Of a stretch of 64,000 nt of DNA, positions 36,876 through 45,578 are shown one piece after another. Source of the stretch: Planctomycetota bacterium (GTDB lineage Bacteria > Planctomycetota > UBA8108 > SXIK01); NCBI GenBank assembly GCA_965223845.1, contig CBDCXR010000004.1, positions 480,001 to 544,000 on the forward strand, read 5' to 3'. Within the stretch, counting starts at the first letter, position 1; each line of letters opens with the position of its first letter. The notes below the pieces were generated by a model. The model saw only the letters and a list, made by a program, of their open reading frames with translations. It was not told the origin of the DNA and made no database searches. The position numbers were made by a program, and so were the translations under genes.

Positions 36876-37537
36876 CGCGCCTCGTCCTCCCGCCAACGAG
36901 CGAACAGATCGTTGTCGATTCCGAGAGCGTCGAGCACGCGTGAGACGACGAAATCGACGGCGTCGTCGAGAGTCTCCGGATGTTGATAGAACGCGGGGGA
37001 GGGCGGGACGATGGTCGCTCCGGCCCGGGCGAGTCGGAGAAGGTTCTCGAGGTGGATCGCGGAAAGCGGGCTCTCCCGCGGCACGATCACGAGTCGGCGC
37101 CCCTCCTTCAGCGCGACGTCCGCCCCGCGGTGGATATTGTTGAGGCACACGCCGTTTGCGATCGCACCCACCGTTCCCATCGACGCGGGGATGATCGCCA
37201 TCGCGTCGAATCGAAACGTGCCGCTGCAGAATGGAGCGAAGAAATCGCGCTCGGGATAGATCTCGAGGTGATCGTCGTGCTCGGATACCCACGGACTCTT
37301 GGTCGCGGCCGCTTTCCCGCGATCGGAGCCCGCTCCTTCCTCGCGGAGTTCCTCTTTGATCACGAGCCGTCCAGCCGCGGAGACGGAGAGGAGCACGCGC
37401 GTCTCGTTCGCGAGGAGAAACCGAACGAGTCGCTGAGCGTAGACGACACCGCTCGCGCCGGTAACGCCGACGACGATGCGGCGCCCACCCGGAGTGCCGG
37501 TAGCTTTCGATTCAAGTCGTTCGCGATCAGGACGCAT
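36872..37537 (-). CDS. ubiX: Flavin prenyltransferase UbiX
   Basis: VGVTGASG, SGT, PASMGT, RGADVALKEGRRLVIVPRESP, IHLENL, PAFYQHP. Confidence 0.95.
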   Translation of the reverse strand: MRPDRERLESKATGTPGGRRIVVGVTGASGVVYAQRLVRFLLANETRVLLSVSAAGRLVIKEELREEGAGSDRGKAAATKSPWVSEHDDHLEIYPERDFFAPFCSGTFRFDAMAIIPASMGTVGAIANGVCLNNIHRGADVALKEGRRLVIVPRESPLSAIHLENLLRLARAGATIVPPSPAFYQHPETLDDAVDFVVSRVLDALGIDNDLFARWREDEAR

Positions 37538-38366
37538 CGCTCCCTCCCGCGTCTCGATGGACCCGTGCCCACCAGAGCGCCCAGCGCTCGAAGTTCTGCA
37601 CCTCTTCGCGTTTGAACCGGAGGACTTCGTTCAGGCGGTGCGACTCGAGGAACCGCGTGACGGCTTCGGCCCGGTAGGCGTTCGGAAGAAACGCGGCGAG
37701 CCGATCGGCGAGCGAGAGGAAATTGTCGAGGCTGTGGCTCCTCTTGTCGTCGCCGAGGAACGAGAAGTCGAATCGATCGCGCTCGATCCGCAGCGTTCCG
37801 AGCGGAGGCGGACAGTAAAGATGGATCTGCCACTCGACTCCGTGGAGCTCTTCGTCGTCCATCTCGGTGATGAGTGCGCGGCCGCGGGGGCTGAGGTCGC
37901 TCAGCTCGACCGGGGCGCTTCGGCGGTTCTGCGCGCCGGTCGTGCCGGCTTCGGGGCGGAGCGCAAAGAGATCGAGGGCGAACACATCGTCGCGTTCGAT
38001 CACGAAGCTCCGTCCCGTCGAGAGGCTCGCCGTGATGCGCGTCCCCTCGAATTGAACGGCCGCGAGGCGGCAGCCGCGCGGGATGTCGAGCCACTCTTCG
38101 AGGGGAACCGCCACCGTGCGGAGAGCGAGCTCATCGCGGAGCACTCGCGCGTACTCGTCCGCCTGATCGCGCGTCACGTCCTCGGCGATGATTCCGCGGC
38201 CGTAGCGAACTCTCGCGCGCGCGTCGGGTAGAGGGATCTCGATCCATCGCGCCAGCCGATCGCCGACGTCCGCGATCGGGACGGTCTCGCCGGGCTCGCT
38301 GATGAGGACGAACATCCGATCGTCGTCGCCCTCCGGGGTCGGTAGTTCCTCCGCTGCCGAAGTCAT
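37527..38366 (-). CDS. Hypothetical protein inside the quinone operon
   Basis: Coding-like ORF starting MTSAAEE, between ubiE and ubiX. Its stop overlaps the ubiX start. Confidence 0.75.
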   Translation of the reverse strand: MTSAAEELPTPEGDDDRMFVLISEPGETVPIADVGDRLARWIEIPLPDARARVRYGRGIIAEDVTRDQADEYARVLRDELALRTVAVPLEEWLDIPRGCRLAAVQFEGTRITASLSTGRSFVIERDDVFALDLFALRPEAGTTGAQNRRSAPVELSDLSPRGRALITEMDDEELHGVEWQIHLYCPPPLGTLRIERDRFDFSFLGDDKRSHSLDNFLSLADRLAAFLPNAYRAEAVTRFLESHRLNEVLRFKREEVQNFERWALWWARVHRDAGGSDAS

Positions 38367-38418
38367 CGTCTGCTCGCCTCGTTCCCGCGTCCGTGGCTCT
38401 CGTTCCATCGCAAGCGGC

Positions 38419-39201
38419 TCAATGCGGCGCGATTCTCGCCGCCGCGTCCGCCGGCGCGGCCGCTCCGTCGAGCGGCCGCGCACCGCGCGTTCCGACATGC
38501 ACGGCCGCGATCCCGAACGTCAGTCGACGAACGCGGATCGCCTCGAACCCGCAGCGTTCGAGTCGCCGACTGAACTCCGCCGCCGGCGGGAACTCTCCGA
38601 CCGAGGCGGGAAGGTAGCGGTAAGCGTCCGCAGCCTCGCGCGTACCCGAGATCCGCGCGGCTACGCGCGGCAGAAACCCGTGAAAGTAGAGGTGATAGGC
38701 TCGCCGTACCACCGCCCGCTCGGGCGTCGAAAACTCGAGAATGGCGACCTTTCCGCCCGGGCGGAGCACTCGGTGCATCTCGCCGAGCCCGCGGTCGAGA
38801 TCGGAGACGTTCCGAATCCCGAATGCGACGGTGACGGCGTCGAACGTCTGATCGGCGAACGGCAGCGCCATGGTGTCCGCGATGGCGAATCGAACGTGCT
38901 TCACGCCGCGCTTCGCGGTCTTCTCGGTGCCGAGCGCGACCATCTCGCGGGTAAAGTCGGTTCCGACGACCTCGCCGCCCGAGCGCGGATCGAGCGTCCC
39001 GCCGAGGGCGAGTGCTAGGTCGCCCGTCCCCGTGCAGACATCGAGGACGCGAGCCGAGGGGGCGAGGTCGAGCTCGCGCACGGTGCTGCGGCGCCACGAA
39101 CGATCGATGTTCAGGCTGAGGAGGTGGTTGAGAAGGTCGTAGCGCGGACTGATCGCGGCGAACATGTCGCGGATGCGAGAGCCGTTTTTGTCGACCGCCA
39201 T
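38419..39201 (-). CDS. ubiE: Ubiquinone/menaquinone biosynthesis C-methyltransferase UbiE/MenG
   Basis: MFAAISPRYDLLNHLLS, LDVCTGTGD, AFGIRNV, RVLRPGG, AYRYLPASV. Start at 39201. Confidence 0.95.
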   Translation of the reverse strand: MAVDKNGSRIRDMFAAISPRYDLLNHLLSLNIDRSWRRSTVRELDLAPSARVLDVCTGTGDLALALGGTLDPRSGGEVVGTDFTREMVALGTEKTAKRGVKHVRFAIADTMALPFADQTFDAVTVAFGIRNVSDLDRGLGEMHRVLRPGGKVAILEFSTPERAVVRRAYHLYFHGFLPRVAARISGTREAADAYRYLPASVGEFPPAAEFSRRLERCGFEAIRVRRLTFGIAAVHVGTRGARPLDGAAAPADAAARIAPH

Positions 39202-39694
39202 GCTGACCTCAGAGGGGTGAGAGTTCGCCGGTGCGACGCGGGGCCGACCCATGGGGCGTGACCCCCGTCCCGCGGTCGGTCGGCGGGACGGGATCGTCCG
39301 AATTCGGCCGACGGCTACCTCGCCAACCGCAAATCTCGGAAGCCGTTCACTGAGTCCGCCGAACGGCGCGAGTGTTTTCGTGAATATTCGGGCGCGGGCG
39401 CCGTCCCATCGTCGAATCGACGTCTCGCTCTCCGTTGAAAAGGAGGGCGGGAGAATCATCGGCCGACGTGGGGAATTTTGCAACGGGCCGGAGCATCGCG
39501 GCGCAGACGAGCCTTCGTGCCGCGCCGCGCCGGGAGTGTCGACCGGGTCGTGCCGATCCGGCGGTAGAATCGTGCGTGAGCTCCGGGTTAGCATGCGGGC
39601 GGCGGATGCGGCCGCCGTCCCGTTCGCGATCACCCGTCTCCCGCCGGTGAGGCCGAGAGTTTCGAGCGGTCCGCAAGACCCGAGGAGCGATTCG

Positions 39695-40714
39695 ATGGAG
39701 AGACTGCGCGGCTGCGCTTGGCTGGGGATGGTGGCGGCGCTGATGTGGGGCTACGGCTCGGCGCCGGATGCGTTCGCGCTCGAGATCGAACCGGCGAGCG
39801 CGGCCGAGAGCGGAGCCGCGAGCGACGAGACGAAGCCACCCGCGCGAAAGCGAAAGGCCGCCTCGCCGAAGGGCGTGGAGCTCGATTGGCAAACTCTCGA
39901 GAAAGCGCTCAAGAAATCGCGCCCGAAGGATCTGCCGCTCCTCGTCGTCTGCGATGGAAACGAATCCTACCGCGAGACTCTCGCCGAGTACGCGCGCAGT
40001 CGAACGTTCGCGCGAACGCTGCGGTCGTTCGTGCTCGTCCACCTCAAGGCCGACGATCTGAAACGTCCTTATCCCGCGAGTCCGGACCGCGCGAAGGACA
40101 CGACGAGTCCCGAACGCAAATCGCGGACGGGTCGCGTCGTCGATCGCGACCCACCGGCCCGCGCGGGCGGAGAGCGACGATCCGCTACCGCCGCGACGGT
40201 GAGAGAGCGACTCGAGCTCGACGAGAACGCGACCGCGTGTGTAGTCGTCCTCACCTTTCGCGAGAGAGTGGTTGCGAAGTGCGACGAAGAGCTCGCGGAC
40301 CGGCGAAAGCTGGGCGCGAGACTCGATCGCATCGCCAAGGTAAATCGAATCTTCGCGAAGGAGGAGCGCCGCGTGGCGAAGCTCCTCGAAAAAGCGCGCT
40401 ACGCGTTTCTCAACAAGAAGCGGCGCGTCGCCGTGCTCACCGTGAACAAGCTCGCCGAGAAAAAGGCGCAGAAGCGAATGGACGAGGAGACGCGAAAGAG
40501 CGTCACCCGCGTCCTCGACGAGTTCACCGTCGTCGCGAAGAAAGAGATGGACCGCGCCGACGCTCTCGACGCTGCCTTCGACTACCAAGAGGCGCTCAAC
40601 GTCTACACTCGGGTGCGGAACGAGTTTCCGATTCTCGACGTGCAGAAGCGCTGCGTCCGGCGGATCGGAGAGATTTGGCAGAAGCTGCAGATCGCGACCG
40701 GTCGAACGCGTTGA
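39695..40714 (+). CDS. Hypothetical secreted basic protein (thioredoxin-like N-terminal part, helical C-terminal part)
   Basis: GAGGAG upstream of ATG 39695, signal peptide ending AFA-L. Its stop overlaps the murQ TTG start. Confidence 0.7.
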   Translation: MERLRGCAWLGMVAALMWGYGSAPDAFALEIEPASAAESGAASDETKPPARKRKAASPKGVELDWQTLEKALKKSRPKDLPLLVVCDGNESYRETLAEYARSRTFARTLRSFVLVHLKADDLKRPYPASPDRAKDTTSPERKSRTGRVVDRDPPARAGGERRSATAATVRERLELDENATACVVVLTFRERVVAKCDEELADRRKLGARLDRIAKVNRIFAKEERRVAKLLEKARYAFLNKKRRVAVLTVNKLAEKKAQKRMDEETRKSVTRVLDEFTVVAKKEMDRADALDAAFDYQEALNVYTRVRNEFPILDVQKRCVRRIGEIWQKLQIATGRTR

Positions 40715-41655
40715 ATGATCCGTCCTCGTCGGCGGCGGACGCGGAACGCGCGGTTCCCCACACGGAGCGCGTCCACCCGGGCTCGGTCGGTATCGATGCG
40801 CGGGACGCCGCGGAGATCTGCGGGGCGATGCACGCGGCGGATCGCGAGGCCTTCGACGCGGTGGGCGCGGTGCTCGCGGACGTTGCCGCGGCGGTCGAGC
40901 GAGTGTCCGAAGCTTTCGCCGACGGCGGGCGACTCGTCTATTTCGGCGCCGGGACGAGCGGACGCCTCGGCGTTCTCGACGCGTCGGAGTGTCCCCCGAC
41001 CTTCGGCGTCTCTCCGGATCTCGTGACTGCGCGGATCGCCGGTGGCGACGGCGCGCTGCGCTCGGCGATCGAAGGCGCGGAGGACGACCCCGCCGCGGGT
41101 GCCGCGGCTGTGGACGAGCTCGCCGTCGGGCGTCGCGACGTCGTCTGCGGAATCGCGGCGAGCGGGACGACGCCCTACGTGCTCGGGGCTCTTCTCGCGG
41201 CACGGCGAAAGGAGGCCGCAACGGTGCTCGTGACCTGCAATCCCGACTGGGCCAGCGCCGTCCCGCCGGCAACGAGCCGGGCGATCGAGTGCGCAATCGT
41301 TCCGGCGGTGGGCCCCGAGATCCTCGCCGGATCGTCGCGTCTCAAGGCCGGGACGGCGACGAAGATGGTCCTCAACATGATCACGACCGGGGCGATGATT
41401 CGGTGGGGGCGCGTTTACGACAACCTGATGGTCGATCTCGTGGCGACGAATCGAAAGCTATGCGCGCGCGCGACGCGCCTGGTCGAGTCCATCGGAGGAG
41501 TCGATGCCGCTACCGCGCAGAAGCTTCTCGAGCGCACCGGCTGGCGCGTCAAGCACGCAGTCGTCATGGCGTGCCGGGGGGTCTCGGCGGAAGAGTCGGA
41601 GGCGATCCTCGCGCGGCATGCCGGCCGCCTCCGCGCCGCCCTCGAAGAGACGTAA
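40711..41655 (+). CDS. murQ: N-acetylmuramic acid 6-phosphate etherase
   Basis: GAGTSGRLGVLDASECPPTFG, GIAASGTTPYV, GPEILAGSSRLKAGTATKMVLNMITT, NLMVDL. Probable TTG start at 40711. Confidence 0.95.
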   Translation: MNDPSSSAADAERAVPHTERVHPGSVGIDARDAAEICGAMHAADREAFDAVGAVLADVAAAVERVSEAFADGGRLVYFGAGTSGRLGVLDASECPPTFGVSPDLVTARIAGGDGALRSAIEGAEDDPAAGAAAVDELAVGRRDVVCGIAASGTTPYVLGALLAARRKEAATVLVTCNPDWASAVPPATSRAIECAIVPAVGPEILAGSSRLKAGTATKMVLNMITTGAMIRWGRVYDNLMVDLVATNRKLCARATRLVESIGGVDAATAQKLLERTGWRVKHAVVMACRGVSAEESEAILARHAGRLRAALEET

Positions 41656-41758
41656 GCGGGCGACGGTCCCCGACGATTCTCGGAATCGAACGGCAACTCG
41701 CGTGGCGACGTCACGCGAGGCGGCCCGCTCGGTTCAGAGTCGGTACTCGGAGCGACGT

Positions 41759-42244
41759 CTAGGGCTCCGGCGGCGTGATTCCGAGCTTCGCCTCGATGGC
41801 CTCGAGGCGCCGCTCGTTCATTCGCCGCTCTTCGTCGAGTTGTTCCTCGAGCTGCATCTGCCTCTCGCTGAGAGCGGCCTGGTTCTCGCGCAGGGATTGT
41901 AGCGCAGTCGACAGTTGCTCGATCGTTTCGGACTGCGACTCGCTCGACGCCTTGAGGGCGTCGATTCTCTCTTGGTGCTCGCTGGCGAGACGCGACGTCT
42001 CGGCGAGCTCGTTCCGCGTCTCGGTGAGCTCGACGTTCAGCTTCTCGATCCGCTGCCGGTTTTCGGTGGCGGTCGCCGTGTTGGTCTCGATCCGCGTCGC
42101 GTGTTGTTCGATTTCGGCTGCGTTCTCGCCGACCCGGACCGTGTTGTCCTCGACGCGGCGCGCGAGACGCGACTCGCGGTAGTAGTGGTAGCCGACGGCG
42201 CTCGAGACGACGACGAGCAGAATCGCGACGAACTTCTGAACCAT
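41759..42244 (-). CDS. Membrane-anchored coiled-coil protein
   Basis: MVQKFVAILLVVVSSAVGY N-terminal TM followed by a heptad-rich E/Q/L/R helix. GGAGG/GAAG upstream. Confidence 0.75.
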   Translation of the reverse strand: MVQKFVAILLVVVSSAVGYHYYRESRLARRVEDNTVRVGENAAEIEQHATRIETNTATATENRQRIEKLNVELTETRNELAETSRLASEHQERIDALKASSESQSETIEQLSTALQSLRENQAALSERQMQLEEQLDEERRMNERRLEAIEAKLGITPPEP

Positions 42245-42562
42245 CTTCACTTCGGTCCTCCGCGTGGTTCCCGGTTCCGTCACCGGCTTCGCCCCTCCGC
42301 CTCGCCGTGGCGAGGGGGCACGGCGAGCACCGCCCCTCTCGGCAACTCGACGGATTCTACCCCGACATCGGTTTTGGTTCCGAAACCATCGGCCTCGACG
42401 CGACGATTTGTTCGCGGGCGCTGCGCTCGATTTTGCTTGCGGCGTACCGGTCGTCTTCGTGAGATGGGAGGGCCTCCATCCAGGCGGAAACAACCGCCGC
42501 GTTCGCGTCGGGCGTTCGCCCGGGGGACTTCCGGTATCACTGCGTTTAGAAGGGAAGAGACC

Positions 42563-43228
42563 ATGGTGGTTTGGTCCTGTCGTCGACGTTCGGCGAAATT
42601 CGCGAGTCGCTCCCTCGTGGGGGCGCTTTTCCTCAGCTTGCTCGCGGCCTGCTCGACGAGTTCCGATCGTGACGATTCGGCTCCGGGAGATGGTGGAACC
42701 GAGTACGGCAATGGCGGGACGACGACCGCCCTCGCGACCGCGGAAGAGGGTCTCGATTCTCCTCGTCCCGTCGTAGCGCTCTCCGACGGCGAACTGACGG
42801 CCGCGATCGGCGAGGGCACGCGCCGATCCGCGCGGGGTCTTCCCGTCGAGCTGCGCGGCTATCCGTCCTGGCCTCGGCTCACCGCGGATGACACGCGCGC
42901 GGAGTTCGTGGGCGGACTGGGGGGAGCGCGCATCTACGCGCAAACGGCACCCGAGACGATCTGGGATCCGGGCGACGCGCTCGAGAAGCATCTCGAGGAC
43001 GGATTCACCGTTGCGATCGAACGCGCTTCGGATCGAGGCGATTTCGTCGCGCGCGTCGATACGCTGCGCCGAACCGGAGAGGGGTGGGAAGTCCGCGCGT
43101 TCGGCCGAGCGGGCGACGACGGGGAGTTCGAGGAGTTGCCCGAGGCGAGCGCCGGCGCCGCGTCATTCACCGCGCGGCTCGGAGAAGAGCTCGCGACTCA
43201 CGCGACAGCGTGGAAGCTCGTCGATTGA
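42563..43228 (+). CDS. Hypothetical lipoprotein
   Basis: Basic N-terminus, hydrophobic core, lipobox LAAC, purine-rich RBS. Confidence 0.7.
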   Translation: MVVWSCRRRSAKFASRSLVGALFLSLLAACSTSSDRDDSAPGDGGTEYGNGGTTTALATAEEGLDSPRPVVALSDGELTAAIGEGTRRSARGLPVELRGYPSWPRLTADDTRAEFVGGLGGARIYAQTAPETIWDPGDALEKHLEDGFTVAIERASDRGDFVARVDTLRRTGEGWEVRAFGRAGDDGEFEELPEASAGAASFTARLGEELATHATAWKLVD

Positions 43229-43534
43229 GCACGGCCTGAGTTCGTCCGGACGAAGAGGGAAGAACGGACGCTGGTTTCCGGGCGCTCCCGGGCTGCCGAT
43301 TCTTCTCCTTCCGAGCGCCGCGCTCGCGAGCTTCGCGCGCTCGGTGTTTGTTCGCCCGATCCTTAGGCGTCCTTCGTCACTTTCGCGATTCCCGCGGGGC
43401 TCGATTGCGCTTGGCGGTGCGGGCTAGCGGTGTTAGATTCCCACCTGACACGGGAACCGGTCGATGAGGAATCGATCGGACGAAGCTCGAGTCGGGATCC
43501 CCGAGGCGGATCCCCCAGCGCGGAGGCCGCGACG

Positions 43535-43888
43535 ATGTCGGAAGGTGGCACCCCCGGAAGTTGGGCGATTGAGTTTCCTCTCGGTCGCGGCGACGCCGTC
43601 GCTCGGCTCGGCGATGTGCTCCGGCGGCGAACCGGTGCCGCGGCGGATCAACTGCGCGCGTTTCTCACTCGCATCGAGGAGTGCGCGAGTCCGGCGCAGT
43701 TGCGTGCGGTGCTTCGGAGCGTCGTCGCGCGCCTGAAGCACGAGCGCGCGGAGGCGCCCGATACGATCGATCCTGCCGCGCTCGAGTTCGAGGCGATCTG
43801 CCGGCAGATCCTCGAATCGGGCGAGCGGACATCGATCGAGAATTACGGCGAGTACCTCTTCGCGATCGACGTCGAGATCCGCATCTGA
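43535..43888 (+). CDS. Hypothetical protein (~117 aa)
   Basis: GGAGG upstream of ATG 43535, host-like codons. Confidence 0.55.
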   Translation: MSEGGTPGSWAIEFPLGRGDAVARLGDVLRRRTGAAADQLRAFLTRIEECASPAQLRAVLRSVVARLKHERAEAPDTIDPAALEFEAICRQILESGERTSIENYGEYLFAIDVEIRI

Positions 43889-43969
43889 GATCGATCCGGG
43901 TCCGCCACTCGCAGCCGTCCTCGCTCCCGGCGGAAGGTCCAGCGTGACCGCGAATGTCGACTCCGTGTC

Positions 43970-44761
43970 TTAGCGGGTCGACTTCGGTTCTCCGGGCAGC
44001 CCGAAGAGCGTCTCGGTCGTTTCGCGGGCGATCTCAGCGAGCTCGTCCGTTTCGATCGCCTTTTCTCGGGCGATGAACTCGCAGGTGTGCACGACGAACG
44101 CCGGCTCGTTCCGCTTCCCGCGTCGAGCCTGCGGCGCGAGAAACGGTGCGTCCGTCTCGAGAAGGAGCCGTTCGACCGGGACGACGGCGAGCGCCGCGCG
44201 CAGGTCTTCTGCCTTCGGGTACGTGACGTTCCCCGCGAACGAGATGTGGAAACCGAGTGCGAGCGCGCGCTCGGCCTGCGGTGCCCCGCCGCCGAAGCAG
44301 TGAAAGACTCCGCGCGGTACGGTCCTCCTTCGCTCGAGGAGCTCGAGGAGCTCGTCGAGCGCATCGCGGCAGTGAACGACGATCGGGAGACCGCGATCGA
44401 GTGCCATATCGAGCTGTGCCTCGAGCTTCGGATACTGGTCGGCGAGCGGCACCTCCTTCCAATGATCGTCGAGGCCGATCTCGCCGATGGCGACGACGCC
44501 GCGTTCGTGCGTGAGCTCGATGATGCGGCGGAGCTCGGTGTCGAGATCGTCGACCGCAGTCGTCGGGTGAATGCCGACGGCGGCGTGGAAGCCGCCGTGC
44601 TCGCGGGCGAGATCGATCGCCTGCCGACTCGTCGCGACGTCGATCCCGATGTTGATGACACCAACGACGCCGGCAGCGCGGGCGCGGGCGATCGTCTCGC
44701 TTCGATCGGAATCGAAGCTGTCGAAGTAGAGGTGGGCGTGGGAGTCGATGATCTGGGGCAC
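43970..44761 (-). CDS. tatD: TatD family hydrolase/nuclease
   Basis: DSHAH, VGIHP, IGEIGLD, VHCRDA, HCF, LETDAPFLAP, NEP. Confidence 0.95.
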   Translation of the reverse strand: MPQIIDSHAHLYFDSFDSDRSETIARARAAGVVGVINIGIDVATSRQAIDLAREHGGFHAAVGIHPTTAVDDLDTELRRIIELTHERGVVAIGEIGLDDHWKEVPLADQYPKLEAQLDMALDRGLPIVVHCRDALDELLELLERRRTVPRGVFHCFGGGAPQAERALALGFHISFAGNVTYPKAEDLRAALAVVPVERLLLETDAPFLAPQARRGKRNEPAFVVHTCEFIAREKAIETDELAEIARETTETLFGLPGEPKSTR

Positions 44762-44930
44762 GGCTTCGGTGGCTGCGACGTGAAGGGGTGAAGTCTATCT
44801 GCGAGCGCACGGGGGAGGCCGAGAGCGGACCGCGAGGAGACATCGCCCCGCGTTCCAGCCGAGGCGCGTCCTCCTCCGCTCGCCTTCGGTGTCGCCGACC
44901 GCCGGCCAACCGAAGTTCCGACCTCTCGCT

Positions 44931-44953
44931 AACCATATATCAGCTATTTGGTT
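44931..44953. promoter_or_regulatory. AT-rich near-palindrome, candidate operator
   Basis: AACCAtATA-TCAGC-TATtTGGTT in the ~800-bp divergent intergenic region between tatD and an LTD gene. Confidence 0.45.
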
Positions 44954-45578
44954 GTGGCGAGTCCCCGCGGGGCCGAGGAGCGCGGAGCCAGGAATCGGAG
45001 GCGGTCCTTTTTCACTATGGGAGCTTGGACGGACGTGTATGATGGTAGGGGTCTATGCGCTCCGACTAGGGTCTCCCTTCCCGTTCGCGAGCCCAGAACG
45101 CTTGAGAGTCGAGGAACTCGCGCCCTCGTCCGCGGTTGGTCGAAGGACACCGTCGGGCGTCGCGAGAGTGTTCGTCCCCGCATTTCCGGCGGCGAATGAT
45201 TTCGGCGCTCGAATCGATGGGCGACCGATCGGGTCCTTCGCCGAGCGAACGGCGTCGGGTATTGGGTTCGAGCGCGCGGTCCGGGTGATGAGGCGGGATC
45301 GCTCCCGTCGTTGTTCGGGGAGCTCGCGTCGGTTGGCGAGGTCCCGACGATCTCTCGCCGGCGGCGATCGCGCGCAGGCGCGGACGGTTTCGATTCAGTT
45401 CTCAAGTGTGATTGACGATTTCGACGGCCGCACCGCGCGAGCGTTCGTGCTCCGTGCGGCGATTGGGGGGTGCACGCTGTGGGTCCGTTCGAATACTGAA
45501 GTGTCCTTGTGGCGCGCCCGCTCGCGCTCACCGACCCTTTAGCGCGGATCGAACGGGATCGCGAACGAGGAGTTCACG

